From assembly GCA_902616205.1 (NCBI GenBank), contig CACMRY010000001.1, positions 514-64,513 of the forward strand: a DNA stretch of 64,000 nucleotides, given 5' to 3'. Position 1 is the first letter of the stretch, and every line of letters starts with the position of its first letter. Origin of the DNA: an uncultured Pelagibacteraceae bacterium. GTDB lineage: Bacteria; Pseudomonadota; Alphaproteobacteria; Pelagibacterales; Pelagibacteraceae. The notes below the pieces were generated by a model, which saw only the letters and a program-made list of their open reading frames with translations, did no database searches and was not told where the DNA came from. Of this stretch, positions 9,068 through 18,659 are shown one piece after another. The position numbers and the translations under genes are program-made.

Positions 9068-11110
9068 ATGAAAAATATTTTAAGGACAAAATTATTAGGT
9101 ATTATTTTATTTGTTTTTTTTTTTTCTAATGACGCCAAAGCATCTTGTTCAACTACTATATCTGTAGCAACAAGTGCTCAATTAACATGCAATGTTGGTG
9201 ATATTTTAAATATTTCATCAACTGGATCAATTATACGTAGCGGAAGTAAAGCAGTTGCTGCAAATAATGGTGTTGGTGCATCAAGTACAACCGTAATCAA
9301 CCATGGTTTGATAAGTGCAACGAATGAGACCATAAATATGAAAAGCGCCAGTGGAACAAATAAAATCACTAATTCAGGTACAATAAATACAGCTCAAAAT
9401 GAAAATGATAGCAATGGCACTGCTGTTAAAGTTCAGAAAACAGATGGGACTGAGATTGTTAATAGTGGAGCTATTCATGGAGGAAACTATGCTATACAAG
9501 GTCTAGAAACTGACGATATAACCATTACAAACAGTGGTACTATTTCAGGAAATAATGGAACTGCTCCTGCCATTTACCTTACCAATGGCACAAATGCAAC
9601 AATAACAAACACTGGAACTATTACAAATTTAAGACATGGAATTAGACTTGGTAAAGCTCATGGTTCATTCAATAATGCTACAATTATTAATTCTGGTTTA
9701 ATTGCTGGAACAACTCATAATAATAGAAATTCAATATATGTTAGCGATGATAACAATGTAACTTCAGGGTTTAATTTAATAACAAAAGGAGAAGGACGTT
9801 ATGATGGTAAAATTCTACTTAGTGATCAAAATGAAACAACCGGTGAAACATTTTTCGACTTTACTTTAGATTGCAGCATTTCAAGAGATCAAACCATAGA
9901 AATTCATGAGAAAAAAAATATGAGGATAATTAATAACCTATGTGGAAACGATACTTATGAAATTCTAGATTCGAATTTAGATCCAGATCCAGATAATTTA
10001 GAAACTAATGGTTATCTTAGAATTTATGGAGAAGATCTAGATATTGATAGTCATAATCAAAAACACAGAACTGAAATATTTATCTCAAATTTAAATAATA
10101 TTTTTGAAAATTTAAATAACTATAATGAAAAAAGTATTTATTTTTCAAAAACTAAAAGAAATAATATTTACACTAATACTGAAAATGGAGTTACAGGATA
10201 CTTTGAAAATAAAATTGATGAAAAATTTGCCCCATTTATAAGTTACTCAACTCAAAATGTATCATTTAATAATGGAGAATATATAAATAATGACAAACTT
10301 TCACTTGGATTTAAACACGAGGTTAAATATCAAGATTATAAAATATCATTTTTACCTTTAATTGGTATTTCAAGAAATAATATTACTGATGTTGAAACTG
10401 AAACAAATCAAGCAATTGAAAAAAATTCCTACAGCCAACTTGCAGCAATAAATATAAATACGAAAAAAATTAAAAAATTTAATGATAAAAACAAACTATC
10501 GATAGAAGTTGAAGGAATTTACGGCATTCATAGATTTTCAAAATATATGTCAAGTTTTACAGATGGTGATTTAACTGTTGATGAAGCAGTTGACCAAGTC
10601 TTAGGCGCTGGGTTTACAGTAAAAAATTCAAGCCAATTAAAAAACGGTTTTGTAATTGAGCCATATGGAAAATTTTCCTTAAATAATACCTTAAGCAATG
10701 ACATTAATATAACTGCAGATGGAGAAAATAAAGAAGCGGGACATGTTATGAATGGAGTTTTGGCTAAAAGAGCCGGTATTAATTTATCAAAGAATAATGA
10801 TGAAGTTAGTTTTAAACTGAATATAGAACACAATAATCAAGATGGACTTATTGGAAATCTAGTCAATATCTCAGTAAGTAAAAAACTTCAAAGAATGGCT
10901 AAAATAAAAAGAGAAAAAGAAAAACCAGATCCAAAACTAGAAAAGCTTTTCGATCAATTAGTAATTGCTAAAGAAAATGAAAGATTGGCTAAATTAGCTG
11001 GGAATAATTTAAATGAAAATAAAATTTTAAAAGAAATGATAATTCAATTAATAAAAGAAAATCAAAAATTAAAGACAGTAAACAAATTATTAAAAAATAA
11101 AGTAAATTAA
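9068..11110 (+). CDS. Secreted autotransporter-like surface protein (beta-helix passenger, barrel-like region, coiled-coil tail)
   Basis: Signal peptide ending ...DAKA. Repeated I(T/V)N(S/T)G(T/A/L)I units. Amphipathic beta-strand region (IEPYGKFSL, KRAGINLS). Helical Lys/Glu/Leu-rich C-terminus. Confidence 0.65.
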   Translation: MKNILRTKLLGIILFVFFFSNDAKASCSTTISVATSAQLTCNVGDILNISSTGSIIRSGSKAVAANNGVGASSTTVINHGLISATNETINMKSASGTNKITNSGTINTAQNENDSNGTAVKVQKTDGTEIVNSGAIHGGNYAIQGLETDDITITNSGTISGNNGTAPAIYLTNGTNATITNTGTITNLRHGIRLGKAHGSFNNATIINSGLIAGTTHNNRNSIYVSDDNNVTSGFNLITKGEGRYDGKILLSDQNETTGETFFDFTLDCSISRDQTIEIHEKKNMRIINNLCGNDTYEILDSNLDPDPDNLETNGYLRIYGEDLDIDSHNQKHRTEIFISNLNNIFENLNNYNEKSIYFSKTKRNNIYTNTENGVTGYFENKIDEKFAPFISYSTQNVSFNNGEYINNDKLSLGFKHEVKYQDYKISFLPLIGISRNNITDVETETNQAIEKNSYSQLAAININTKKIKKFNDKNKLSIEVEGIYGIHRFSKYMSSFTDGDLTVDEAVDQVLGAGFTVKNSSQLKNGFVIEPYGKFSLNNTLSNDINITADGENKEAGHVMNGVLAKRAGINLSKNNDEVSFKLNIEHNNQDGLIGNLVNISVSKKLQRMAKIKREKEKPDPKLEKLFDQLVIAKENERLAKLAGNNLNENKILKEMIIQLIKENQKLKTVNKLLKNKVN

Positions 11111-11121
11111 ATTTAAAAAGA

Positions 11122-12024
11122 TTAATTTGTTTTAGTCAACAGCATAATTGATACCCCTAAAATAAATATTAATATTCCAAACAATTCAATCTTGCTTAAT
11201 TTTTCTTTAAATAAATACTTTGAAGAAAAAAAACTAAATAATATTTCTATTTGTCCAACTGCTCTTACAAATGATGACTGAATAAGTGTAAAAGCATAAA
11301 ACCAAGACAAAGTAGCTAAAAAACCAGATAGACCAGCTAAACCACACTCAAACTTATTATTATATAATTTTTTAAATTCAGATCTTTCAAAAATAAGAAG
11401 GTATATAGTCATTATAGATGTTTGAATTAATAGTCCAAAGAATAGTGTAATTAATGCTTTTGCAAAGTTAGATGAAATATTTTCTAATGATAATGCTGCT
11501 GCTCTAAAATAAACAACACTTAAGCCTAAAAATAAGCCAGTTATAAGCCCAATTAAGGTTGTTTTTGAAAATAAATTTTTTACAAAAAAATTTACATCTT
11601 TGATTGTCATTATAATAACACCAGAGGTTGCTATTACTATACCAATTACACCTGAAATATTAAGTTTGTCATTTAAAATAATGTATTCAAAAATTGCAAC
11701 TTGAATTACCTCGGTTTTACTTAGAGAGGTTCCAACTACAAAATTTGAAAATTTAAATAAATACAATAAGCTTAAAGTAAACATTATCTGAAAAATAGAG
11801 CCAAAAAAAACAAAACTTACAAAACTTGAATTAGATAAAATTACAGAAATTATTTGAAAATTTTGAAAGTAAACAAAAAATAATATTGTGGCAAAAGGTA
11901 AAGCAAAAACAAACCTAACGTAGCTTGATGAAATTAAAGAAAGATCTTTATTTAATCTTTTTTGGAGAGATGATCTTAAATTTTGGAAAAAAGCCCCCCA
12001 AAATGTAAATATAATCCAATTCAT
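11122..12024 (-). CDS. DMT/EamA family transporter
   Basis: About 10 hydrophobic segments, AFFQNLRSSLQK...YVRFVFALP, and a two-repeat EamA layout. Confidence 0.85.
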   Translation of the reverse strand: MNWIIFTFWGAFFQNLRSSLQKRLNKDLSLISSSYVRFVFALPFATILFFVYFQNFQIISVILSNSSFVSFVFFGSIFQIMFTLSLLYLFKFSNFVVGTSLSKTEVIQVAIFEYIILNDKLNISGVIGIVIATSGVIIMTIKDVNFFVKNLFSKTTLIGLITGLFLGLSVVYFRAAALSLENISSNFAKALITLFFGLLIQTSIMTIYLLIFERSEFKKLYNNKFECGLAGLSGFLATLSWFYAFTLIQSSFVRAVGQIEILFSFFSSKYLFKEKLSKIELFGILIFILGVSIMLLTKTN

Positions 12025-12050
12025 AATTTGCTAAAAATTTAATTAATAAT

Positions 12051-12638
12051 TTAAAATATTTCAGAAAGTTTTTTTAATGCAAACATTCCAGGATCGTCAA
12101 ATTTTGTTGTTTTATCTTCAAACATTCTTGCTCTACCTACTAATATTTTTTTTCCCTTAAAATTTTCCAGAGCCTTTTTACATGCAGATTTTATCTCATG
12201 GTTATAATTTTTACTCTTTTTAATTTTATGGATTATTAAATTAAGAGTATCTGCTATAGTTTTGTCACCTAACTTTGTTTTACCTCTATCCAAGATAGTT
12301 TTTAAAGCTATTTCAAAAATAGTAACTATATCATGATGATCACACTCTTTTTTACCATCAATTTTTTTTGAAATATTCATTAATGAAAATGCTATAAGTG
12401 TTCCAAAACTAGATCCTGACCTTTTAACAAAAGCTTTTGAACAAATCATAAAATTTTCTCCCATATCATTGTTAAAAGACACCTTATTTTTCTGAATTTC
12501 TTCTAATCCATGAAGAATAGTAATACCTAAATCTCCATCTCCAATTTTAGCATCGGCAGAGTTAAAATCATCGTAATATTTTTTGGATTGGTCAAATAAT
12601 TTATCTAATATTATTATTAAATTTTCTTTATTTAACAT
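12051..12638 (-). CDS. dhaL: Dihydroxyacetone kinase L (nucleotide-binding, Dak2) subunit
   Basis: DAKIGDGDLG, GSSFGTL, GDKTIAD and GRAR...DDPG Dak2 motifs. Confidence 0.88.
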   Translation of the reverse strand: MLNKENLIIILDKLFDQSKKYYDDFNSADAKIGDGDLGITILHGLEEIQKNKVSFNNDMGENFMICSKAFVKRSGSSFGTLIAFSLMNISKKIDGKKECDHHDIVTIFEIALKTILDRGKTKLGDKTIADTLNLIIHKIKKSKNYNHEIKSACKKALENFKGKKILVGRARMFEDKTTKFDDPGMFALKKLSEIF

Positions 12639-12639
12639 T

Positions 12640-13632
12640 TTAATTTGTCCAGAAAGGACAATTAGTAGGAGCTAATAAATTTTCTTTAATATTATTATTA
12701 AGCTTTAAAACAGTAACAGACATTCCTGCCATTTCCATGGAAGTTGCATATCTTCCAACATAATTTTTAAAAATTTTAATATTTTTTTTATTAAAATTTT
12801 CGACAACTCTTCTTGATACAATGTAAAGTTCTTCAAGTGGAGTTGCTCCTAGACTATTAATCATTAACCCTATTTCTTGATCGGATAAATTAAAATCATT
12901 TATTATTCGATTACATATATCATCTGTTAAATCATTTGCTGACTTTAATTTTTCTCTAGAAATACCTGGCTCACCGTGAATACCCATTCCTATTTCTATT
13001 TCATCATCATTAATTTCAAATGTAGGTTTTCCAGCCTCAGGTAATATACAAGGGGAAAGTGCCACACCTAATGTTCTAATATTTGAATTAGTTTCAATTG
13101 CTATTTTGAAAACATCTTGAAGAGATGCTCCCGTTTCAGCTAATGCTCCTGCAATTTTAAAAACAAATATCATACCAGCAATACCCCGTCTTTTTTCTTT
13201 TTCTTCACGTTTTGCGCTCGCAATATCATCTGCAACTATAACAGTTTTAGTTTCAATACCTTCGTCTCTAACTATTTCACAAGCCATTTCAAAATTCATT
13301 ACATCTCCACCATAATTTCCCAAAATGCATAGCACCCCATTACCATTGTTTGCATTTCGAATTGCAGAAGCTATTTGTTCAACTGATGGTGACGCAAAAA
13401 CAGATCCAATCGCACAACTATCCAATAATCCTTTTCCAACATAGCCAGTAAAAACTGGTAAATGACCAGATCCTCCACCTGTCACTAAACCAACTTTATT
13501 TGAGGACTTTATTGCACGAGTAATAACTCTAGTATTATCCGAAGCTAGTGAATAAATATTTGGGTGAGATTTTATGAGTCCATCAATTGTTTCATCAACA
13601 AAATTACTTGGATTGTTAATTATTTTTTTCAT
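12640..13632 (-). CDS. dhaK: Dihydroxyacetone kinase K (Dak1) subunit
   Basis: MKKIINNP, GGGSGH, NYGGDVMNF, RRGIAG, GMGIHGEPG, TSMEMAG. Confidence 0.92.
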   Translation of the reverse strand: MKKIINNPSNFVDETIDGLIKSHPNIYSLASDNTRVITRAIKSSNKVGLVTGGGSGHLPVFTGYVGKGLLDSCAIGSVFASPSVEQIASAIRNANNGNGVLCILGNYGGDVMNFEMACEIVRDEGIETKTVIVADDIASAKREEKEKRRGIAGMIFVFKIAGALAETGASLQDVFKIAIETNSNIRTLGVALSPCILPEAGKPTFEINDDEIEIGMGIHGEPGISREKLKSANDLTDDICNRIINDFNLSDQEIGLMINSLGATPLEELYIVSRRVVENFNKKNIKIFKNYVGRYATSMEMAGMSVTVLKLNNNIKENLLAPTNCPFWTN

Positions 13633-13697
13633 TAAACTATTGTATATTAATTTAAATTATATCAATTAAAGAAATTTATATTAATTTTTGTTTTAAT

Positions 13698-14012
13698 ATG
13701 CAGCAACAGAAAAAATCACAAATTATAATAATAAGTATTGTAATTTTACTTATTGTATATGGAATTAATCAAATTTTTCAGAGCAACAAACAAAAAGACC
13801 GAATTATGAAACATGATATGATGATAGGAGTTTGCGCTATAAATAAAGCAAGTGTTGAGTCTAATAATTATGAAAAACTTAAAACTCATAAAGATATTAA
13901 ATTAGAACTACAGACTAATGAATTTTTCAATAAATTATTTAAAGAATGTGAAAAAGAATTTAAAAAAGCACCTAAAGATTTTAGAGCTAAATGGAATTAT
14001 AAGGCAAAATAG
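13698..14012 (+). CDS. Membrane-anchored hypothetical protein with two Cys
   Basis: N-terminal TM helix (IIIISIVILLIVYGI) followed by a helical soluble part. Confidence 0.7.
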   Translation: MQQQKKSQIIIISIVILLIVYGINQIFQSNKQKDRIMKHDMMIGVCAINKASVESNNYEKLKTHKDIKLELQTNEFFNKLFKECEKEFKKAPKDFRAKWNYKAK

Positions 14013-14037
14013 AACGGTAACTTAACTATTATTTAAA

Positions 14038-14601
14038 GTGAAAAAAATTTTATTATTTATATTTTACAGTATATCAATTTTTAATTATTCTAGCGTAATG
14101 GCAAGCGAGGAAGCAAAATACGATATTATAAAATCAACTGATGTTTATGAAATTCGAAAATACGCAGATCGTTTGGCTGTAGAAGTAGTGAGTACAACTG
14201 GAGACAATAGTTTTAGAAAGTTATTTAATTATATCTCGGGAAAAAATGAGAAAAATCAAGAAATAAAAATGACAATTCCAGTAACCCAAACAGAAAAATC
14301 TGGAAATAAAGCGATGCAGTTTTATCTTCCATCAAAATTTAATAAAAACAATATACCAGATCCTACAAACTCTGATGTAGAAGTTATTAATATTGAAGGT
14401 GGGTATTATGCTGTAATTAGATATTCTGGTAGGGCATCAGAGAAAAATTTTATTAAACATAAAAGTATTTTGGAAGATCAATTAACTAAAGATAATATTC
14501 AAATTCAAAGCCCCCCAATCAAAGCAACTTACAATAGCCCTTTTACTCTACCAATAATGAGAAGAAACGAAGCAATGTTTAGAGTTGAATATAAAAATTA
14601 G
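14038..14601 (+). CDS. SOUL heme-binding family protein
   Basis: YEIRKY, FRKLFNYISGKN, IKMTIPV, MQFYLP, YNSPFTLPIMRRNE. Signal peptide present. Confidence 0.9.
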   Translation: MKKILLFIFYSISIFNYSSVMASEEAKYDIIKSTDVYEIRKYADRLAVEVVSTTGDNSFRKLFNYISGKNEKNQEIKMTIPVTQTEKSGNKAMQFYLPSKFNKNNIPDPTNSDVEVINIEGGYYAVIRYSGRASEKNFIKHKSILEDQLTKDNIQIQSPPIKATYNSPFTLPIMRRNEAMFRVEYKN

Positions 14602-15749
14602 AGAACGACTAAATCTAATTTTTGTTTACCTAATCTTTCATTGCCATTTTCTGTCACAAGATAAGTCTCTCCCAAATTCATTGCTAAATTATTCTCCGAA
14701 TCCATCAAAATCATGTGCATGAAGAACACGTTACCTGATTGAATTATATATGGATTTCCAGTGTAAAGCATTGGCCAATCCATCCAGTTGGGAGAAAAAG
14801 TTGCTCCTAGTGAATAACCGCAAGCATTCATTCTTGCATTTTTAAATCCATGATCGTCAAAAGTTTTTGCGTGAATATCAAAAACTTCACCAATTTTGTT
14901 TCCAGGTTTTAATTTATTTTCACAATTTGTTAATGCTTCAACACAAGCTTCATGCATCTTATAATGTTTTTGATTTGCTTTGCCGATTTGAATAGTTCTA
15001 AACATCGCCGAATGATAATGTCTATAAGTACCTGCCCACTCAATAGTTAATTGATCTTCTTTGTTTAAAATTTTTTTTTCAGATTGATATCGACATAGAA
15101 GGGCATTTTTTCCTGAGCCAATAATAAACTCATTAGCTGGATAGTCACCACCACCTTCAAAGATAACTCTATTCATTTGAGCTAAAATTTTAGCTTCGCT
15201 TGCACCAGATTTTGCATATTTCCAAACTTCATCAAGTGCCAAATCAGCTAGGTTCGCAGCCTTTCTAACATATGTTATTTCCTCATTAGACTTTACCACT
15301 CTTATTTTTGTAATTAATTCTGATTTATCCTCTATTGAACAGTAATTTTCCAAAGATTGTTTTAATTTAATTGCATTTCTACCGGTCAATCCATATGCTT
15401 CATACTCAATTCCAATTTTTTTACCTTTTAAATTTAACTCATCTAAAATAATTTTTAGATCATCAGTTGGATTTGAACCATCTTTATCAACCCAAATTCT
15501 AATATCATTAATGTTTGATGTATTTTGTGCTTGCCTTAGATCTGGGGCTCTTGTTAATAAAATTAAATTTCCTTTTTGATCTAAGACTAAAGTTTGAAAA
15601 AAAACGTAGCCAAATGTATCATAGCCAGTTAACCAATACATAGACTCTTGTCTAAACATCAACAGAGCATCGATGTTTTGCTCCCTCATTGAATTTAAAA
15701 TATTTGATTTTCTAGATTTAAATTCCTCTTTAGAGAAGTGAAGTGCCAT
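14598..15749 (-). CDS. M24 (Xaa-Pro peptidase/creatinase/ectoine hydrolase-like) amidohydrolase
   Basis: Creatinase N domain (ESMYWLTGY), RVVKSNEEI, and a pita-bread domain with YHSAMFRT / GYSLG. Confidence 0.85.
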   Translation of the reverse strand: MALHFSKEEFKSRKSNILNSMREQNIDALLMFRQESMYWLTGYDTFGYVFFQTLVLDQKGNLILLTRAPDLRQAQNTSNINDIRIWVDKDGSNPTDDLKIILDELNLKGKKIGIEYEAYGLTGRNAIKLKQSLENYCSIEDKSELITKIRVVKSNEEITYVRKAANLADLALDEVWKYAKSGASEAKILAQMNRVIFEGGGDYPANEFIIGSGKNALLCRYQSEKKILNKEDQLTIEWAGTYRHYHSAMFRTIQIGKANQKHYKMHEACVEALTNCENKLKPGNKIGEVFDIHAKTFDDHGFKNARMNACGYSLGATFSPNWMDWPMLYTGNPYIIQSGNVFFMHMILMDSENNLAMNLGETYLVTENGNERLGKQKLDLVVL

Positions 15750-16522
15750 TACCTAATATTAACACTTACAGAACCAATTTTATCAATAGTACCTTTGTAT
15801 AATCCTTTTCCTTTAAAGGGCACAACACCTACAGTAGAACCCGTGAAAACATAAAAGTCTTTATTTAAGTTTATTTTTTCTTTTTTAACTTTATTTAAAA
15901 CAAATCTTAAACAATTTAATGGATTGATATAAACAATATTTGTATTACCATTTATTTTTAAACCATTTTTTTTACTTTCTAATGAAGTTTTTAAATTATT
16001 TAAGTTAAGTTTTTTAAATTTAATTTTTTTTCCCACTATAAACTTAATATTAAATCCAAAATCACTACAAATATCACCTAGATAATTAAATTGTTTATTT
16101 CTTTGTCTAAATCCAACAATTTCAAAACAAGGCCCCATAAATTTTATAAATTTAGAAATATTATTTTTTGTAATTTTACCTTTAAAATCGAAGAAAGATT
16201 TCTTTATGAAGTAATAAACCTCAACTTCTATACCTTTGGTATTTTTATAAATTTTAACGTTTTGACCTGACTTAACAAATCTTTTTTTAAAAATTTTTGC
16301 AATAAAAGGCTCTTTTTCTCCAAGTTTTTTAAGAGCTTGAATTCCTGTTCCACCTGCTTTTATACCTATGGTTTCATCACTAACTTTGTCTTCACATAGT
16401 TTCCTAACCTTATTGGCTAGATTAATATTTTTACAATATTTTATTGGGATGGGATTTATAAACGTATTTGTATTATAAGCTTTTACTAATTTATCAGCAA
16501 TTTGATTAATTTCACTTTTCAT
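15749..16522 (-). CDS. Fumarylacetoacetate hydrolase / 2-keto-4-pentenoate hydratase-like protein
   Basis: GIKAG, EVE, PCFEIV, NPLNCL and FTGS motifs of the MhpD-like fold, in a divergent sequence. Confidence 0.7.
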   Translation of the reverse strand: MKSEINQIADKLVKAYNTNTFINPIPIKYCKNINLANKVRKLCEDKVSDETIGIKAGGTGIQALKKLGEKEPFIAKIFKKRFVKSGQNVKIYKNTKGIEVEVYYFIKKSFFDFKGKITKNNISKFIKFMGPCFEIVGFRQRNKQFNYLGDICSDFGFNIKFIVGKKIKFKKLNLNNLKTSLESKKNGLKINGNTNIVYINPLNCLRFVLNKVKKEKINLNKDFYVFTGSTVGVVPFKGKGLYKGTIDKIGSVSVNIR

Positions 16523-16531
16523 AATTAGAGC

Positions 16532-17320
16532 TTATTGAAGAATACTCATAGGATCAAGTCTCGTTTGAAACCAATTTATTCTAAAATCAAGATGTGGACC
16601 CGTTGATCTACCAGTTGAACCAACTGTTCCAATAATATCGCCCTGTTTAATCTCATCACCAACATTCACCATTATGTCCTCTAAGTGTGAATATATGGTA
16701 GATATACCATGACCATGATCCATTATTATTGTCCCACCTGTAAAATATAGGTCATCCTCAGCCATAGTAACAATTCCAGACCCTGATGATTTTATTTTCG
16801 TACCTTTTTTCGCTGCTATATCAATTCCATAATGAGGCCACTTAGGTTTTCCATTGAGAATTCTTTGACTTCCATACACTCCACTTATTACACCTTTTAC
16901 AGGCATAATAAATTGATTAGTAAAAAATGTTAGATCTGAATTAATTGCTCTTGCTTTTCCAATCCTACCATTTTCCTCTTTAATTCTTTTATAAACAGAC
17001 TCAGGTGGTGTAACTTTATTTTCAGGCAAACCATCTATTCTTTGAATGTTATATTTTCTTTTAAAGACTTTTTTAATTACATTATTTTTTTTTTCGTTAA
17101 TAATTTCTGTAATTTCCAAATCAAATTTTCTATCTCTATCAATTCCAAATACAAAATATCCATCTTTAGATACTTTAACCTGCGTCTTATCAATAAATAC
17201 TTTTGAACCTATTTTTGCTTTACCTAAAATGAAATGTCCCTGTAAAAACTTACCTTGAAATTCAAGTGCTTGTGTATGAGCAGAGAATATAATTGCTATA
17301 AAAAGCAATATTTTCTTCAT
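16532..17320 (-). CDS. M23 family metallopeptidase
   Basis: HYGIDIA, HGHG, YSHL and GRSTGPHLD zinc motifs. Signal peptide present. Confidence 0.93.
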   Translation of the reverse strand: MKKILLFIAIIFSAHTQALEFQGKFLQGHFILGKAKIGSKVFIDKTQVKVSKDGYFVFGIDRDRKFDLEITEIINEKKNNVIKKVFKRKYNIQRIDGLPENKVTPPESVYKRIKEENGRIGKARAINSDLTFFTNQFIMPVKGVISGVYGSQRILNGKPKWPHYGIDIAAKKGTKIKSSGSGIVTMAEDDLYFTGGTIIMDHGHGISTIYSHLEDIMVNVGDEIKQGDIIGTVGSTGRSTGPHLDFRINWFQTRLDPMSILQ

Positions 17321-18078
17321 TATTTAGCTGTCCATCCTCCATCTATAAGAATAGATGTTCCTGTAATCATTGCAGCAGCATCAGATGCTAAAAAACATAC
17401 AGCAGTTGCAACATCGCTCTCTTTAGCAGCTTTACCCATTGGTATTCCGTCAAGCGCAAGTTTTTTAAATTTTTTGTTTTTAAAAAATTTTTTAACCATT
17501 GGCGTTTCAACAAAAGTAGGGGCAACAGTATTTACTCTTATATTTCTATTTGCTAATTCAACACCCATACCCTTAGTAAGACCTTCTATACCAAATTTAG
17601 TCATGTTATAAACATTTCGACCAGACATCCCTACATGTCCAAGCTGTGAAGACATATTTATAATAGATCCACCTCTTTTTTTATTTTTAAGCATTTTCTT
17701 CACAACTAATTGCGCAACGTTAAAAGCAGATTTTAGATTAAGATCTACTAGATAATTCATACTTTGTTGTTTTACCTTTTCAAATGGTTCTGGTAAATTT
17801 GTACCCGCATTATTTACCAAAACGTCAATAAATTTTACTTTTTTTAACTTTTCATTTAAATCGCTATAATCCATTACATCGCAGTGAATTTTAATTAGTT
17901 TGCTTTTTGCTTTTTTTATATCTTTTTCTAATTTGTCTAAATCTGATTTTGTTCTACTTAATCCTATTATTATTGCGCCAGCTTCAGCTAATGCTATAGC
18001 ACATGCTCTACCTAAACCTTTACCTGCTCCAGTGACTAAAGCATATTTATTTTTTAAATTGATTTTTTTTAAATACAT
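17320..18078 (-). CDS. SDR family oxidoreductase (HpsO-like subfamily)
   Basis: TGAGKGLG, NNAG, SSQLGHVG, YNMTK, IRVNTVAPTF. Confidence 0.9.
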   Translation of the reverse strand: MYLKKINLKNKYALVTGAGKGLGRACAIALAEAGAIIIGLSRTKSDLDKLEKDIKKAKSKLIKIHCDVMDYSDLNEKLKKVKFIDVLVNNAGTNLPEPFEKVKQQSMNYLVDLNLKSAFNVAQLVVKKMLKNKKRGGSIINMSSQLGHVGMSGRNVYNMTKFGIEGLTKGMGVELANRNIRVNTVAPTFVETPMVKKFFKNKKFKKLALDGIPMGKAAKESDVATAVCFLASDAAAMITGTSILIDGGWTAK

Positions 18079-18659
18079 TAAATAAGTAATTTTATATCAG
18101 TATAAATTAGATCTAAAGCCACAATTAATATTGCAAATAAACCTAACCACGCAATCCATTTATATTTTTTAATCCAGTTTGAAATTAACGTTGCAGCTGT
18201 AGCCATTAATATGATCGATAAAACTAGACCAAAAACTAGCAAACCATAATGATCTTTAGCAGCACCTGCAACGCCTAAAACGTTATCTAAACTCATTGTA
18301 AAATCTGCAAGTAAAACAGTAAATATTGCTTTAAAGAAACTTGAGTTATCTACTTTTATATTATTTTTCTCATCATCACTATTTTTTATGACATCGGTAT
18401 AAAGTTTGTAAACAATATAAAGCAATAACAATCCTCCAATTAATCGTAGTCCAGTGATTTGGAGCAAGTAGGCTGTAATCAAAGTTAAGATAATTCTTAA
18501 AATTACAGCACCTCCAATTCCCCAAAATATAATTTTCTTTCTTTGATCTGGGGGAAATTGAGAAGCAACCATTCCAATAATGATCGCATTGTCACCAGCT
18601 AATACTAAATCTATAAAAATTATTTGTAAAAGGATTGTAATTTGTTCAGGTGAAAACAT
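18078..18659 (-). CDS. TerC/YjbE family membrane protein
   Basis: IDLVLAGDNAIII and ADFTMSLDNVLGVAGAA motifs. Confidence 0.92.
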   Translation of the reverse strand: MFSPEQITILLQIIFIDLVLAGDNAIIIGMVASQFPPDQRKKIIFWGIGGAVILRIILTLITAYLLQITGLRLIGGLLLLYIVYKLYTDVIKNSDDEKNNIKVDNSSFFKAIFTVLLADFTMSLDNVLGVAGAAKDHYGLLVFGLVLSIILMATAATLISNWIKKYKWIAWLGLFAILIVALDLIYTDIKLLI

